Source: an uncultured Verrucomicrobiae bacterium
GTDB taxonomy: Bacteria > Verrucomicrobiota > Verrucomicrobiia > Chthoniobacterales > UBA10450
DNA: 64,000 bases
NCBI GenBank assembly: GCA_963772365.1
Contig: CAVYXA010000001.1
Coordinates: 384,001 to 448,000 of the forward strand
Direction: 5' to 3'
Positions 10,170 through 20,014 of the stretch are shown in pieces. Under the pieces are notes generated by a model. That model worked only from the letters and a program-made list of their open reading frames with translations, had not been told where the DNA came from and made no database searches. The number at the start of each line of letters is the position of its first letter. The stretch's first letter is position 1. The position numbers and the translations under genes were made by a program.

Positions 10170-10239
10170 ATTAAGCCGCTACGCGCGGCTCGTAATGCTG
10201 GAACTCCCAACGATTCAACTCGGGGGCGGGAGCGCGCGC
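10170..10239 (+). pseudogene. ctlX-like 3' relic
   Basis: LSRYARLVMLELPTIQLGGGSAR matches 3029-3098 (LSGHARLVRLELPTIELAGGSAR). Confidence 0.85.
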
Positions 10240-10241
10240 GA

Positions 10242-10424
10242 GTTGAAGCGCTTCAAGCGGTTGTCACGAAAGCGCAACGCGATGTGAACGGTGCCATCCG
10301 CCCCAACCCTTACGAACGTCATCGTCCCCGTCGGAGCTACGATCAAACCGATGCGACGGGCTTTATCCAAATCAATGCGCTGCGACTAAAACTGCGGACG
10401 AAAGGTCAGCAATTCACTGAGTAA
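10242..10424 (+). pseudogene. argG: argininosuccinate synthase C-terminal relic
   Basis: EALQAVVTKAQRDVNGAIR...YDQTDATGFIQINALRLK* resembles the ArgG C-terminus with an internal deletion. Confidence 0.7.
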
Positions 10425-10501
10425 ATCGATTCGGTGAGTGGGAGACCGAAGACGAAGAAGGGCTATCCTCTTTTTCTATGACCGACGTTGAACGTCATGG
10501 G

Positions 10502-11185
10502 TCAGGCTCTGGCGAATCGACGCGTCAAGCCAATCCCAATAATCGCTAAGCTCAGTAAAGACAGTGTGGCTCCAGTATCCGGAACGCCAGGAGCGTTGGT
10601 TAGGATATCAAGTTGGTTGATCGCAAAATCGTTCCCACCAAATATGTCGGTGGTCGAAAAGACAATTCGATAGATGTCCGCAGTTGTATCTTGCACACCT
10701 GCGAACACGGCAGAATTGTCGGCATTTCCACTAGCGACTCCGTTAAACGCGAACGAGCCCAAAAGGTTATTGAACTGATCATACGCGGAGATCGTGCCGG
10801 TGTATGCACCGTAGAAATCTGCCTGGACTTGAGCGCCAACGCCGTAAATACCGGTTGCGAAATCAATAATAATATCCCCTTGGCCAGTAGTATTCCAAAG
10901 CAAGTGGTCGCCAGGGGCGAAGTTGCCGGCCCAGCCCGAGCTTTGGTCAAGTCTCGTCATATCTAAGCCATTGCTGGAGCTGACGGTGGCACCCAACCCG
11001 CCATTGGAACTGGTGCTAGATGGGCTCGGGACTACGGTAAATTCGGGCCCGAGACTTCCCCAATCGATAAAGTCGTTACCAGCGAGCGCGGCCCGGCTTC
11101 CGACGAAGGAAAGCGCCTGCACTTGGGAAGCAAGCGCGACACACGCGAAAACTGCAGTGAGGAATCCTACAACCTGTTTCTTCAT
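10502..11185 (-). CDS. VPDSG-CTERM (exosortase-sorted) surface protein
   Basis: signal peptide; C-terminal VPDTG + hydrophobic helix + RRFAR. Confidence 0.88.
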   Translation of the reverse strand: MKKQVVGFLTAVFACVALASQVQALSFVGSRAALAGNDFIDWGSLGPEFTVVPSPSSTSSNGGLGATVSSSNGLDMTRLDQSSGWAGNFAPGDHLLWNTTGQGDIIIDFATGIYGVGAQVQADFYGAYTGTISAYDQFNNLLGSFAFNGVASGNADNSAVFAGVQDTTADIYRIVFSTTDIFGGNDFAINQLDILTNAPGVPDTGATLSLLSLAIIGIGLTRRFARA

Positions 11186-11526
11186 GGATTCGTTTCCTAG
11201 CAGATGGTGCGCCAGGCGTCGGCTATGCGTCGCAAGTTCCTCAGGTGAAAGGATAAAGAATTTTCGAGTGCAGCCTGAGTCGCCGCCTATCGGCGAAAAA
11301 TCGTAAATTACTCCGACACATTGCCTTCGTCCGGCTCAATGCGTTTCTCTTGAAATTGCCGGGTGCGAAACGAAAGCGCGAAGAAATGCGGATGGTGAAC
11401 CTGGTTGCCCAACGCGGGAGTGCTCGCTGGATGATTGCAACCATTCACGCGTTGGCCGGTACGAACGGTTGACTCAATCGCCCACACCGCTTCCCATTTC
11501 GCTGAGTTCCAATTACACTTGGCCGG

Positions 11527-13020
11527 ATGCAACTGAACGGGCAGGCACTTTCGCTCAAAGGGGTCGCGGCTGTGGCTCTCGGCGATGAGATCGTCGAGAT
11601 TTCAGCATCTGCGCAATCTCGGATTAAAGCTTCACGCGCGATCATCGACAAAATCGTCGAACGCGATGAAGTCGTTTACGGAGTTAACACCGGATTTGGT
11701 AAACTTTCCGAAGTCCGGATCCCGCACGGCGAGCTGCGTAATCTTCAACTGAATCTTGTCCGAAGTCATGCCTGCGGAATCGGCAATCCGCTCTCCGAGC
11801 CGGAGGTGCGCGCCATGATGTTGTTGCGGGCCAACGTGCTCTCGCTCGGGTTCAGCGGGGTCAGGATCGACATCGTCGAGATGCTTTGCCAGATGTTGAA
11901 CCACGCTGTCTCTCCAGTGATACCGGAAAAAGGATCGGTCGGTGCAAGTGGCGATCTCGCGCCTCTTGCGCATCTGGCATTGAGCATCATTGGCGAAGGC
12001 GAAGCTTTTCTCAAGGGCGAACGCATGCCGACCGCGGAAGCGTTGCAACGCGCCAAATTGAAGCCCGTGCAACTCGAAGCCAAAGAAGGCATCGCGTTGT
12101 TGAATGGCACTCAGGGCATGCACGCAGTCGGAGGATTGTCGATCTTGCGGGCGAAGCGACTGGCCGAGGTGGCAGATGTTTCCGGCGCGATGACCTTGGA
12201 GGCGCTCAAGGGCACGCCGGCGGCGTTTGATCCGCGATTGCATGATGCGCGACCGCATCCCGGACAGAAAGCAGTCGCGAAACATCTGCTATCACTTTTG
12301 GAAAACAGCGAGATTCGAGAGTCGCATCGGACGAACGATCCACGGGTGCAGGATGCGTATAGTTTGCGTTGCATGCCGCAGGTGCACGGAGCAGTTCGCG
12401 GCGCTCTGGAGCATTGCGAAAATATTTTGCTCATCGAATCGGCCTCCGCCACGGACAATCCGCTCGTCTTCACCAAGTCGGGCGACGTAATCTCGGCCGG
12501 AAATTTTCATGGCGCGCCGCTCGCCCTGTCGTTCGATTATGCTGCTATCGGGTTGACCGACCTCATGAGCATTAGCGAGCGGCGGATCGATCGCTTGGTT
12601 AATCCCGACAAAAATGAAGGCTTGCCTGCGTTTCTCGCCCGCAAGCCCGGCGTCGAATCCGGCTTCATGATCGCGCAAGTCGCCGCGGCCTCACTCGTAA
12701 ACGAAGCGCGCGTGCTCGCGCATCCGGCCAGCATCGACAACATCACCACTTCCGGCGGAAAGGAAGATCACGTTTCTATGGGAATGACCGCCGCGCTGAA
12801 ATTGCGATCGATAGTCGATCTTGCGGAAAATCTTTTCGCCATCGAACTCCTCACCGCTGCTGAAGGTTTGGAGCATCGACGACCGCTCAAAGCCGGCGTC
12901 GGCGTCGAGCGCGCTCACGCTGCCCTGCGTAAAATCGCGCCGCCGCTGACGAAAGATCGTGCGCTTTCGCAAGACATCATGCGTGTTGCCGAAGCAATTC
13001 GTCGTGGCGACTTCGATTAA
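11527..13020 (+). CDS. hutH: histidine ammonia-lyase
   Basis: YGVNTGFG, GSVGASGDLAPLAH (MIO-forming ASG), QDAYSLRC. Confidence 0.97.
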   Translation: MQLNGQALSLKGVAAVALGDEIVEISASAQSRIKASRAIIDKIVERDEVVYGVNTGFGKLSEVRIPHGELRNLQLNLVRSHACGIGNPLSEPEVRAMMLLRANVLSLGFSGVRIDIVEMLCQMLNHAVSPVIPEKGSVGASGDLAPLAHLALSIIGEGEAFLKGERMPTAEALQRAKLKPVQLEAKEGIALLNGTQGMHAVGGLSILRAKRLAEVADVSGAMTLEALKGTPAAFDPRLHDARPHPGQKAVAKHLLSLLENSEIRESHRTNDPRVQDAYSLRCMPQVHGAVRGALEHCENILLIESASATDNPLVFTKSGDVISAGNFHGAPLALSFDYAAIGLTDLMSISERRIDRLVNPDKNEGLPAFLARKPGVESGFMIAQVAAASLVNEARVLAHPASIDNITTSGGKEDHVSMGMTAALKLRSIVDLAENLFAIELLTAAEGLEHRRPLKAGVGVERAHAALRKIAPPLTKDRALSQDIMRVAEAIRRGDFD

Positions 13021-13179
13021 GTAGCGGTGGTTTTCTGATCCCCGAGTTTTTAACAGAAGGAAACGAAGGAAATCAAGAATTTCGATTAATGCTTCGTTCA
13101 CTTCGCCCGCTCGCGAAAACTTTCGGAGTTGCCTTCTGTTTAGGTATTAACGATCGCGTGTGGATGATGTCTTGTGCGA

Positions 13180-13311
13180 AAAGCGGTGCGCGGACTCACC
13201 GCACTCCCAACTCCGAAGGAATTCGCGAGACCGCGCTGCGCGCAAAATATAGGAAAGCGTGTTGCCGTTTCGCGAAGCTTCGGAGTGCGACCGCGTCCTC
13301 GCGTCGCTTTC
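13180..13311. repeat. GGAGTGCG/CGCACTCC-type inverted repeat pair
   Basis: aaagcggtgcgcggactcaccgcactcccaa ... ttcggagtgcgaccgcgtcctcgcgtcgcttt. Confidence 0.6.
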
Positions 13312-13371
13312 GACCGTAGCTGGAACCAAGCAAGTGATTGCTGAGCCCGGCGATTTTTGCATCATTAAAGC

Positions 13372-15114
13372 ATGAGCGAGAAACGAATGATCCGCGCGAC
13401 CCGCGGGAGTAAGCGCGTTTGCAAAGGCTGGCACCAGGAAGCGGCCATGCGGATGATCATGAACAATCTCGATCCGGATGTCGCCGAAGCGCCGGATCGC
13501 CTTGTGGTTTATGGCGGAACCGGGCGCGCCGCGAGAAGCTGGGAAGCATTCGATGCGATCGTGCGCTCGCTGCGGGAATTGGAAAATGATGAAACACTTC
13601 TCGTCCAATCCGGGAAACCGGTTGGCAAATTCCGGACGCACGATGAAGCTCCGCGCGTCCTGATCGCCAATTCGAATCTCGTCGGCCAATGGAGTAATTA
13701 TTCCGAGTTTAATCGCCTCGAGCGCCTTGGCCTGACCATGTATGGCCAGATGACCGCCGGCTCCTGGATTTATATCGGCAGTCAGGGGATCGTGCAGGGA
13801 ACATTCGAGACATTCGCCGCCGCAGGCGAGAAACATTTCGGTGGTTCACTCGAGGGTAAATTCGTTCTGACCGGCGGGCTCGGTGGAATGGGCGGGGCGC
13901 AACCGCTGGCAGCAACGATGAACGGCGCGATTTTTCTCGGCGTTGAAGTCGATCCGGCGCGAATCGAGAAGAGACTGAAAAGCGGTTATTGCGACAAGAT
14001 CGCGCGTTCACTCGATGAAGCTCTCAAGTTGATCGACAAAGCGCGGCAGGATCGACAACGGAGCCGGCGGGAGCCGAGCGACATAGACGGGACAGCCCGC
14101 GAGGGTTCAGGAGCCGGGAGGCGAGCGAATCAATCGCTTTCAGTCGGCCTCGTCGGAAATTGCGCCGATGTTTTGCCCGAGATCGTCAAGCGCGGGATCG
14201 TTCCGGATGTTCTTACAGATCAAACTAGCGCACACGACGCGTTGAATGGTTACGTGCCCAACGGGATGTCGCTGGAGGATGCGATCGCGTTGCGGGCAAA
14301 GAATCCGGACGAATACATTGAGCGCGCGATGGAGTCGATGGCGATCCACGTCGAAGCGATGCTCGCGCTGCAGAAGAAAGGCGCGATCACGTTCGATTAC
14401 GGAAACAACATCCGCGCGCAGGCACAGAAAGCGGGCGTCAAAAACGCATTCGATATTCCCGGGTTCGTTCCCCAATACATTCGCCCGTTGTTCTGCGAAG
14501 GGCGCGGCCCATTTCGTTGGGTCGCTTTGAGTGGGGAACCATCGGATATCGCGCGCACTGACAAACTCGCTCTCGAATTGTTCCCCAAGAATCAAACGCT
14601 GGCGCGCTGGATGAAACTGGCGAAGGAGAAAATCCAGTTCCAAGGTTTGCCGGCCCGGATTTGCTGGTTGGGCTACGGCGAGCGCGCCGAGTTTGGTGTG
14701 GCAATGAACGATTTAGTAAAACGCGGCGAAATCAAAGCGCCCATCGTGATCGGACGCGATCATCTGGATTCCGGCTCCGTCGCGTCGCCGAATCGCGAAA
14801 CGGAAGGAATGCTCGACGGTAGCGATGCCATCGCCGATTGGCCGTTGCTCAACGCGCTCATCAACACCGCTGCCGGTGCGTCATGGATTTCAATTCACAA
14901 TGGCGGTGGAGTGGGCATCGGTTATTCGCAGCACGCTGGAATGGTCGTCGTGGCCGACGGCAGCGAGAATTCCAAACGCCGATTAGAACGTGTTCTCACC
15001 AGCGACCCCGGGACTGGAATCCTCCGCCACGTCGATGCCGGTTATTCGCGGGCAATCGAATTTGCCTCGAAAAACAAGATCGACGTTCCAATGCGGCCCA
15101 AGCCGCGCGATTGA
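13372..15114 (+). CDS. hutU: urocanate hydratase (with ~25-aa insertion)
   Basis: [38 protein letters not shown]. Confidence 0.97.
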   Translation: MSEKRMIRATRGSKRVCKGWHQEAAMRMIMNNLDPDVAEAPDRLVVYGGTGRAARSWEAFDAIVRSLRELENDETLLVQSGKPVGKFRTHDEAPRVLIANSNLVGQWSNYSEFNRLERLGLTMYGQMTAGSWIYIGSQGIVQGTFETFAAAGEKHFGGSLEGKFVLTGGLGGMGGAQPLAATMNGAIFLGVEVDPARIEKRLKSGYCDKIARSLDEALKLIDKARQDRQRSRREPSDIDGTAREGSGAGRRANQSLSVGLVGNCADVLPEIVKRGIVPDVLTDQTSAHDALNGYVPNGMSLEDAIALRAKNPDEYIERAMESMAIHVEAMLALQKKGAITFDYGNNIRAQAQKAGVKNAFDIPGFVPQYIRPLFCEGRGPFRWVALSGEPSDIARTDKLALELFPKNQTLARWMKLAKEKIQFQGLPARICWLGYGERAEFGVAMNDLVKRGEIKAPIVIGRDHLDSGSVASPNRETEGMLDGSDAIADWPLLNALINTAAGASWISIHNGGGVGIGYSQHAGMVVVADGSENSKRRLERVLTSDPGTGILRHVDAGYSRAIEFASKNKIDVPMRPKPRD

Positions 15115-15151
15115 CGCCATAAACGATCTTGACGCGTATCACGATGGACTC

Positions 15152-15287
15152 TGGGTAGCGCACGCGTCTCGCGTGCTGGCAAACGCGTCCTCGCGGTTGC
15201 GAACTTTTCTTTAGCGCAAGAGCTCGTTAATGCATTTTGGCCGTGGGAAAGATCGTTTTGGCGCGATACCAAAATCGGCACGCGAAA
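15152..15287. repeat. GGGTAGCGCACGCG-type composite repeat
   Basis: gggtagcgcacgcgtctcgcgtgctgg...gcgaactttt plus a downstream partial inverted arm. Confidence 0.65.
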
Positions 15288-15359
15288 TTGCAGAAATGCT
15301 TCGCTTTCCAATGGCGTAAGTGCCAATTGACGGGTTTGCGTTAGTAGCCCCCAGCGCCG

Positions 15360-15782
15360 TTAGAATGGGCTGATAAGTGGAATTCTTCCGCGGCGATTCC
15401 GCCGGTAGGTGAGAAAATCGCGATCCGTCGTAAAAACGAGAGAGTTCCGTTCGGTCTCGATCATCCGGATAAGGCAGGCATCAGCGAACGACATTGGCAC
15501 GTTCCCATAGCGCTCCATATTGTCGAGAACTTCATCCCGATGATCGCAGAACGAAAAATCCGGATCGAGTCGAACAAGCTCATCCCTCAGGATCCCCGCG
15601 AGAGTTTTCGTTCCGTTGTGAACTGGCGCGAGAAGGAAGAACGCTTCGGAAATGACGGCTTCGCAGGTCACAAGTGGATGATGCAGGTGGGCGACTTGTC
15701 CTTTGGCCCATTCGTGATGGCTGTCCCGCCGGTCGAGCAATGCCACGATCGGTCCCGTATCAACGAGAACGCGACGCGCCAT
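15360..15782 (-). CDS. PIN-domain (VapC) toxin
   Basis: VLVDTGPIVALLD...SEAF...SFADA...FTTDRDF. Confidence 0.9.
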   Translation of the reverse strand: MARRVLVDTGPIVALLDRRDSHHEWAKGQVAHLHHPLVTCEAVISEAFFLLAPVHNGTKTLAGILRDELVRLDPDFSFCDHRDEVLDNMERYGNVPMSFADACLIRMIETERNSLVFTTDRDFLTYRRNRRGRIPLISPF

Positions 15783-15999
15783 ATCCTTTCATCCGCCCTT
15801 TGTTGGTAGAAAGATCGCCGGGGCCGGAAACTTTTCCAACGTAAGGCCGCATCGCATCCAGAAGCGAGCTGGAATTGCCGCCGGTCGCCGACGCGAGCGC
15901 TTCCCGGACGATTTCCGACTTGCTGCGCCTCGATCTGGTTGCAGCCGCTTCCAAGCGCGAGAATTCGGGCTTTGACAGTTTTACTGTGATCGTTGGCAT
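15760..15999 (-). CDS. ribbon-helix-helix (CopG-like) antitoxin
   Basis: MPTITVKL...SKSEIVREAL...GPGDLSTN; overlaps the PIN gene start. Confidence 0.85.
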   Translation of the reverse strand: MPTITVKLSKPEFSRLEAAATRSRRSKSEIVREALASATGGNSSSLLDAMRPYVGKVSGPGDLSTNKGRMKGYGASRSR

Positions 16000-16144
16000 A
16001 TCAGGAACGGTATTACCAAATCCGAGAAATGCAATACCATAGCCGGCATCGACAAATCCGAAATCGCAAAGTATCAACAATCTTGCGGCCGATGGCTCGG
16101 GCGGTGAAATTGCTTTTCCTGAGTAAACAGGATAAGACTTTGGC

Positions 16145-16375
16145 ATGAAGTTCACTCGCATCACCCTGAAGCCAACTCAGATGGGCGGGGTGCCCTGCAT
16201 TCGCGGCCTACGCATTCCGGTTGCCACGGTCGTGGACATGGTGGCTGATGGAATGATGCACGAGGAAATTCTTCGTGCCTATCCAGATCTGGAGGCCGAG
16301 GACATCGTTGAGGCGCTGCGGTTCGCAGCCGAATCCGTGCGCGAACGAGAGCTGCCACTACTGGCGCCTTCGTGA
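16145..16375 (+). CDS. DUF433 antitoxin
   Basis: [14 protein letters not shown]...YPDLEAEDI. Confidence 0.92.
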   Translation: MKFTRITLKPTQMGGVPCIRGLRIPVATVVDMVADGMMHEEILRAYPDLEAEDIVEALRFAAESVRERELPLLAPS

Positions 16376-16743
16376 AATTTCTCGTGGATAACGCGCTCTC
16401 GCCATTGCTCGCCGAGCGCTTGAGATCTGCCGAATATGACGCGGTTCACGTTCGGGATTACGAGTTACAGGGGGCAGACGATTTTGACATTTTCGAGCGG
16501 GCAAGAGCCGAAGATCGCGTTGTCATTTCCGCTGATACTGATTTCGGCGCGCTGCTGGCCGCATGGTCGCATAACAAACCATCGTTCATCCTCTTTCGGC
16601 GCGGAGCAGAACGGCGCCCTGAAAAGCAGATGGCTCTTTTGGCTGTCAATCTGCCTGGGATCGTCGAAGCATTGGACCGAGGCAGCGTAGTGGTTTTTGA
16701 GCAGGCGCGAATCCGTATTCGCGCTCTGCCCATTGGTGATTGA
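16372..16743 (+). CDS. DUF5615 PIN-like toxin
   Basis: [10 protein letters not shown]...DAVHV...[12 protein letters not shown] overlap with DUF433. Confidence 0.9.
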   Translation: MKFLVDNALSPLLAERLRSAEYDAVHVRDYELQGADDFDIFERARAEDRVVISADTDFGALLAAWSHNKPSFILFRRGAERRPEKQMALLAVNLPGIVEALDRGSVVVFEQARIRIRALPIGD

Positions 16744-16745
16744 GC

Positions 16746-18440
16746 ATGCAAAAGCTGATCGAGTGCGTGCCGAATTTTTCCGAAGGTCGCGATCGGAACG
16801 TGATCAAGCAGATTACAGGTGCCATCGAATCGGTGGAGGGCGTGTCACTGCTCGATGTCGATCCTGGCGCGAGCACCAATCGGACGGTGGTGACGTTTGT
16901 CGGAAGCCCGGACGCCGCGGTTGAGGCGGCGTTTCGCGGAATCAAAAAGGCGAGCGAGCTGATCGATATGCGCAAACACAAGGGCGCGCACCCGCGGATG
17001 GGGGCCACGGATGTTTGCCCGTTCATTCCGGTGAGCAACATCAGTTGGGATGAGGCGATCGCTTGCGCGAGCGAACTCGGGAAACGCGTCGGCGAAGAGT
17101 TGAAGATTCCGGTGTATTTTTACGAGCGCGCAGCGAAAGAGAAGGCGCGCTCGAATCTCTCGGTCATTCGCGCGGGCGAATACGAAGGCTTTTTCGAAAA
17201 AATCAAGCAGCCGGAATGGAAACCCGATTTCGGGCCGGCTACTTTCAATGAAAAATCGGGCGGGACGGTGATTGGCGCACGCGATTTCCTGGTCGCTTAT
17301 AATGTAAACCTGAACACAAAATCCGTTCGGCGCGCGAACTCGGTCGCGTTCGACGTGCGAGAGCAAGGTCGATATAAGACAGAAGAAGGCACGCCTACGG
17401 GCAAGAAAGTTCTCGATGCGCAAGGCGAACCGGTGCGAGTTCCGGGAATGCTGAAACACGTCAAGGCGATCGGTTGGTTTGTGAAGGAATACGGGATCGC
17501 GCAGGTCTCGATGAACTTGACCAACATTGAACAAACGCCGTTGCACGTCGCGTTCGACGCCTGCGTCGAGTCCGCGGCTAAACGCGGCATGCGTGTGACC
17601 GGCTCGGAGATCGTCGGGATGGTCCCGAAGAAATGTCTGGTCGATGCCGGGCGTTATTTTTTGCGGAAACAAAAATGGTCCGAAGGCGTGTCGGAGGAAG
17701 AATTGATCGATATGGCCATTCGCTCGATGGGCTTGAGCGAACTGAAACCTTTTGATCCGAAGGAAAAGGTGATTGAATTCAAGATCGGTCCGAGCCGGAC
17801 TGGCAATCATAAATCGCTGATGAAAATGAATCTTCGCGAATTTTGCAATGAAACATTGAGCGAATCGCCCGCGCCCGGCGGCGGATCTGTGGCGGCATTG
17901 ATGGGCGCGCTCGGTGCATCGCTGGGAGGAATGGTGGCGAATCTCTCCGCAGGAAAACGCGGCTGGGACGACAAGATCGAGTATTTCAGCGATTGGGCCG
18001 TGAAAGCGCAGCAACTGAAAGATGAATTGCTCTCGCTGGTTGATGAAGACACAGCGGCGTTTAACAAGGTGATAGACGCATTCGCGTTGCCCAAAGAATC
18101 CGCGGAGGAAAAATCTGCGCGGGCCGCAGCGATTGAAGAGGCGACCAAATACGCTGCCGAGGTTCCGCTCAAAGTGATGGAGACGTCGTTCAAGTCGTAC
18201 GAATTGCTATCAGACATGGCGGAGAAAGGAAATCCCGCGTCGGTTTCGGATGTCGGAGTTGGCGCGTTGGCCACGCGCGCCTGTATTGAAGGCGCGGCAT
18301 TGAATGTGCGAATCAATCTGGGACAACTGAAGGATCAACAATTCAAATCCGCGATGCTGAAGAAAGTTCAGCAACTCACGGCAGACTCCGAAGCGCGATT
18401 TAAAGAAATTCACCAAGCCGTAGAAAAGAAGCTGGGATAG
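16746..18440 (+). CDS. ftcD: glutamate formimidoyltransferase / formiminotetrahydrofolate cyclodeaminase (bifunctional)
   Basis: ECVPNFSEGR, HPRMGATDVCPF, QVSMNL; C-terminal PAPGGGSVAA cyclodeaminase domain. Confidence 0.95.
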   Translation: MQKLIECVPNFSEGRDRNVIKQITGAIESVEGVSLLDVDPGASTNRTVVTFVGSPDAAVEAAFRGIKKASELIDMRKHKGAHPRMGATDVCPFIPVSNISWDEAIACASELGKRVGEELKIPVYFYERAAKEKARSNLSVIRAGEYEGFFEKIKQPEWKPDFGPATFNEKSGGTVIGARDFLVAYNVNLNTKSVRRANSVAFDVREQGRYKTEEGTPTGKKVLDAQGEPVRVPGMLKHVKAIGWFVKEYGIAQVSMNLTNIEQTPLHVAFDACVESAAKRGMRVTGSEIVGMVPKKCLVDAGRYFLRKQKWSEGVSEEELIDMAIRSMGLSELKPFDPKEKVIEFKIGPSRTGNHKSLMKMNLREFCNETLSESPAPGGGSVAALMGALGASLGGMVANLSAGKRGWDDKIEYFSDWAVKAQQLKDELLSLVDEDTAAFNKVIDAFALPKESAEEKSARAAAIEEATKYAAEVPLKVMETSFKSYELLSDMAEKGNPASVSDVGVGALATRACIEGAALNVRINLGQLKDQQFKSAMLKKVQQLTADSEARFKEIHQAVEKKLG

Positions 18441-18446
18441 GCTCCT

Positions 18447-18519
18447 TTGTAGCGGCGGTCTGTGACCGTCGCTGATCGAAGCCCAATAAGTTTGCGACGG
18501 TCACAGACCGCCGCTACAA
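18447..18519. repeat. REP-like near-perfect GTAG palindrome
   Basis: ttgtagcggcggtctgtgaccgtcgc ... gcgacggtcacagaccgccgctacaa. Confidence 0.85.
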
Positions 18520-18527
18520 GAACAGGC

Positions 18528-18764
18528 ATGAGCTCCCTCGCGATTCTTCACGCTTCGCAGCTAGTTTCACTGGCTGGTCCGAAACGAGCGCGCACGGCCA
18601 AGGAAATGTCCGAACTCGCCACTGTCCATAACGGCGGGATGCTGATTCGAGATGGGAGGATCGACATCGTTGGAACGAGCGATGAAATCGAAAAGCAGGC
18701 GGGCGACGCGAAGATTCTCGATGCGGGGCAATTGCGTGGTGTTGGCAATTTTGCTGGGACTTGA
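18528..18764 (+). pseudogene. hutI: truncated 5' copy of imidazolonepropionase
   Basis: first 65 aa align with HutI at 23720 (42/65 identical by hand count), then frameshift and stop. Confidence 0.9.
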
Positions 18765-18782
18765 TCCGAGTTATCATTCACG

Positions 18783-19481
18783 ATGAGCACCGCGCATTTC
18801 GACTTGGCAACCTGGGTCATGCATGTTCGGATAGCTCTCGGTTCATTTCAGGAACTTGATGAACTGATTACCAATGCAGAAATTAGAAAACACCATTTGG
18901 ATCGAAGATGTCCAGTCGGGAACCGCCCACTGCGCAAAGGTCTGATTTCGGGACCCCAACTCGTTCGTGCGGCAACGGAAGGGTATTTGGATTCAGCGCA
19001 GGCGACGTATAGACGTCAAATGATTGTCGTAGCCGCTTCTTACTTCGAGGCCATTGTGAGCGACTTCTTTAAGCAGTTGTTTCTTCGACATCCACAGCAG
19101 ATGCATAGCGCAATTCGTACCGACAGCAATGCGGCGAAGGGTATGGTTTCGCTGCGCCAGATTCTTGATGCTAATTCTAAAGAAATGCTGCTCGACCGCC
19201 TCGCAGAGACCTGCTCGGCCGGACTATCCAGTTTACCGGTTCAAAAAATAGGGAAGCGTCTGGGAGAGCTCTCGACTGGTGGCTTCGGATCGGAATTAGA
19301 GGACCGCATTAAGTCGCTTCAAAATCATCGCCACCGGATAGTACACGCGAATGATAGAAACGTCGTTCCTGCGGAAGTTGTCCAATTAGCGTTTGAGACG
19401 ATTGAGCGATGTATGGAGCGCTTGGCGCATATTGCGGACGAAAGGGGGGTAAACGTTCGATGGAACGCTGTAACTGCGTGA
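18783..19481 (+). CDS. putative HEPN-domain RNase
   Basis: N-terminal SYFE helix motif and C-terminal Rx4H (RHRIVH) in a helical-looking protein. Confidence 0.65.
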   Translation: MSTAHFDLATWVMHVRIALGSFQELDELITNAEIRKHHLDRRCPVGNRPLRKGLISGPQLVRAATEGYLDSAQATYRRQMIVVAASYFEAIVSDFFKQLFLRHPQQMHSAIRTDSNAAKGMVSLRQILDANSKEMLLDRLAETCSAGLSSLPVQKIGKRLGELSTGGFGSELEDRIKSLQNHRHRIVHANDRNVVPAEVVQLAFETIERCMERLAHIADERGVNVRWNAVTA

Positions 19482-19559
19482 CCAAAATTCCAGGTGCAAC
19501 GCACGAGGGTATCGTCGGAATCGACATGTCGCAACACAAGTGATTTTAATTTTCGTGTA

Positions 19560-20006
19560 ATGAAGGAAAGGAATTTGGCGCACGAGATATTTGAGCTCAT
19601 GCTCAACAGTCCGGGCAAAACTTTTGGCGAAGCAATCTCTGAATCGACTGGCGGCGTAAATCTCGTCGATGGCAAACAGACGTGGGAACTTGCCGAAAGT
19701 AAAAAAGACGACCTCGAAACCATGAAGAAATGCTGCGATACGGAATTGGCGACCTATGAGAAAGTGGGACTAGTGCCCGCCCCTTATTATTTTGAGCGAG
19801 TCGCAATCCTAGCGAGAAAGGCCAAGAACTTCCGAGAAGAAGTTGCTTGGTGCGAAAAATATATTGTTGTCGTCGCGGACTACTATCGCAGGAACAACAT
19901 CCCGGAAAATGAAGGTGTCAAAATGGGACCGAGATATCAGGCGATTGCCAAGCGGCTGCCCAAAGCGAGATTATTGCTCGCCAAGACCTCAACAGCACTT
20001 TCGTGA
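19560..20006 (+). CDS. hypothetical helical protein
   Basis: APYYFERVAILARKAKNFREEVAWCEKY, TPR-like motif. Confidence 0.65.
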   Translation: MKERNLAHEIFELMLNSPGKTFGEAISESTGGVNLVDGKQTWELAESKKDDLETMKKCCDTELATYEKVGLVPAPYYFERVAILARKAKNFREEVAWCEKYIVVVADYYRRNNIPENEGVKMGPRYQAIAKRLPKARLLLAKTSTALS

Positions 20007-20014
20007 GTTCCCCT

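Noticed and set aside
14056..14130. Intein or intron in hutU
   Set aside because: Far too short and lacks intein or intron terminal motifs.
16845..18014. 389-aa minus-strand ORF (and similar long antisense ORFs over icd, hutH, hutI)
   Set aside because: Shadows of well-supported genes in GC-rich DNA.
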